This document shows positions 34,738 to 36,033 of a DNA stretch of 36,033 nt, one piece after another. This DNA is from Octopus sinensis (Eukaryota): positions 1-36,033 of the forward strand of contig NW_021826248.1 in NCBI RefSeq assembly GCF_006345805.1, read 5' to 3'. The notes beneath the pieces were generated by a model that was not told the origin of the DNA, did no database searches, and worked only from the letters and a program-made list of their open reading frames with translations. Made by a program: the position numbers and the translations under genes. Within the stretch, counting starts at the first letter, position 1. Each line of letters starts with the position of its first letter.

Positions 34738-35298
34738 TACGTGAGTACAGGACACCACAGTAAGACGTAGAAACGGAAAAATAAAAAAAACAAAAAACAA
34801 GAAAACGAAAAAACAAAAAACACGAAAACGAAAAAAACAGTTACAGGACGTGCTACACAAGGAAAAAACCCCCGTCATCAGCTGTCGCTAGTAGAGTCAA
34901 GCATGTTTCGAAGGCAGAGACAGAACACTAATCCACTAGGCCTTCCTGCGTGAGAATTAAAATAAAATTCCAAGCAGCGGGGCAAAATGAGTACGAACAC
35001 GAACAGGACGTAACAACAAAACTGCAAAAATAAAAATACTTGTACAAAAAATACAAATAAATACAAAACGAGAAAATAAAAGGAGAATACGATACAGGAA
35101 ATCAAACACACAAGAGCACGAACGAAAAAGCCTTTTTTTCTGGCATAGACGAAGGATACTGTGGCAGCGCGTGGAAGGCAGTCTTTTCAGTAGTAAGAGC
35201 AACGTGTAAAAGAAAATTTTATAGGCTGGCAGTAAGGAAGAAGGAAGGAGGAGGGGGACACGTGGCTGAGAGAGAGAGGAGGAGTGGGAGGGAGAGAG
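34738..35298 (-). mobile_element. Unclassified non-coding repeat flanked by (TA)n on both sides (possibly Penelope-derived)
   Basis: Minus strand ...CCTTCGAAACATG...CAGCTGATGACGGGGG..., T-rich runs, end ggtgtcctgtactcacg; architecture shared with 28293-28715. Confidence 0.45.
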
Positions 35299-35327
35299 AA
35301 TATATATATATATATATATATATACAT

Positions 35328-35633
35328 ATCTCACGTGATCACGTGACCGACTAGTCCATCAGATCTTGCTACACATCGCTGGTCACAATGCGTTCGCATT
35401 GTTTTAGCCTTCGAATGACAGCACCCCGCTGGCTAAGCGAGCAGGCCAACAGAAGAAAGAATGGGAGAAAGAGTGGTGAAAGAGTACAGCAGGGATCACC
35501 ACCCCCTGCCGGAGCCTCGTGGAGCTTTTAGGTGTTTTCGCTCAATAAACACTCACAACGCCCGGTCTGGGAATCGAAACCGCGATCCTACGACCGCGAA
35601 TCCGCTACCCTAACCACTGGGCCATTGCGCCTC

Positions 35634-35634
<1 letters not shown>
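35328..35634 (-). mobile_element. SINE family 2, tail type iii
   Basis: Same head and body; a distinct tail ending ...ggtcacgtgatcacgtgagat. Confidence 0.87.
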
Positions 35635-35723
<89 letters not shown>

Positions 35724-35739
35724 GTGTGTGTATATGTTT
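35635..35739. repeat. (CA)n(TA)n(TG)n microsatellite
   Basis: Direct reading. Confidence 0.95.
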
Positions 35740-35957
35740 GTGTGCCTGTGTTTGTCACCCTAGCATTGCTTGATAACCGATGCTGGTGTGTTTACGTCCC
35801 CGTAACGTAGCGGCTCGGCAAAGAGACTGACAGAATAAGTACTGGGCTTACAAAAGAATAAGTCCCGGGGTCGAGTTGCTCGATTAAAGGCGGTGCTCCA
35901 GCATGGCCACAGTCAAATGACTGAAACAAGTAAAAGAGTAAAAAGAGTAAAGAGTAT
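35740..35957 (+). mobile_element. SINE family 1, 3' half
   Basis: tgtttgtcaccctagcattgcttga...ggcggtgctccagcatggcc...(GTAAAAGA)n. Confidence 0.88.
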
Positions 35958-36033
35958 ACATAATACAAATAAAAATATAAAAATATATACAAATATCCCA
36001 AAAAATACCATGCACATAATACACAAAATACAC

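Overview
AT-rich, repeat-saturated animal genomic DNA. It is most likely from an octopus/coleoid cephalopod, inferred from the '[10 protein letters not shown]' C2H2 finger style, the SINE families and the microsatellite load. The only host gene is a minus-strand tandem C2H2 zinc-finger gene (~13079-12220): 10 intact fingers, a 1-bp frameshift just after the ATG, then about 7 more fingers behind in-frame stops that decay out to ~11200. Bases 1-10118 are repeated at 14592-24709 (period ~14.6 kb). Each copy holds an RTE LINE with a PHD-type finger inside its RT, a Tc1/mariner scrap, a candidate 5' exon of the ZNF gene, an integrase-less Ty3/Gypsy element (tRNA-Leu PBS, ~220-bp LTRs, ~63-bp flanking direct repeat) interrupted by a nested integrase-only Gypsy derivative, and a mariner fragment. 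24.7-36 kb is a nest of three tRNA-derived SINE families, DNA-transposon scraps, RTE endonuclease fragments, two (TA)n-embedded unclassified elements and microsatellites. There are no rRNA, true tRNA genes or CRISPR arrays. I found no clearly new biological system. The best leads are listed as findings and several are explicitly speculative. Many 1-bp indels look like long-read errors, and the duplication could be two haplotypes assembled in tandem. All alignments and counts were made by eye.
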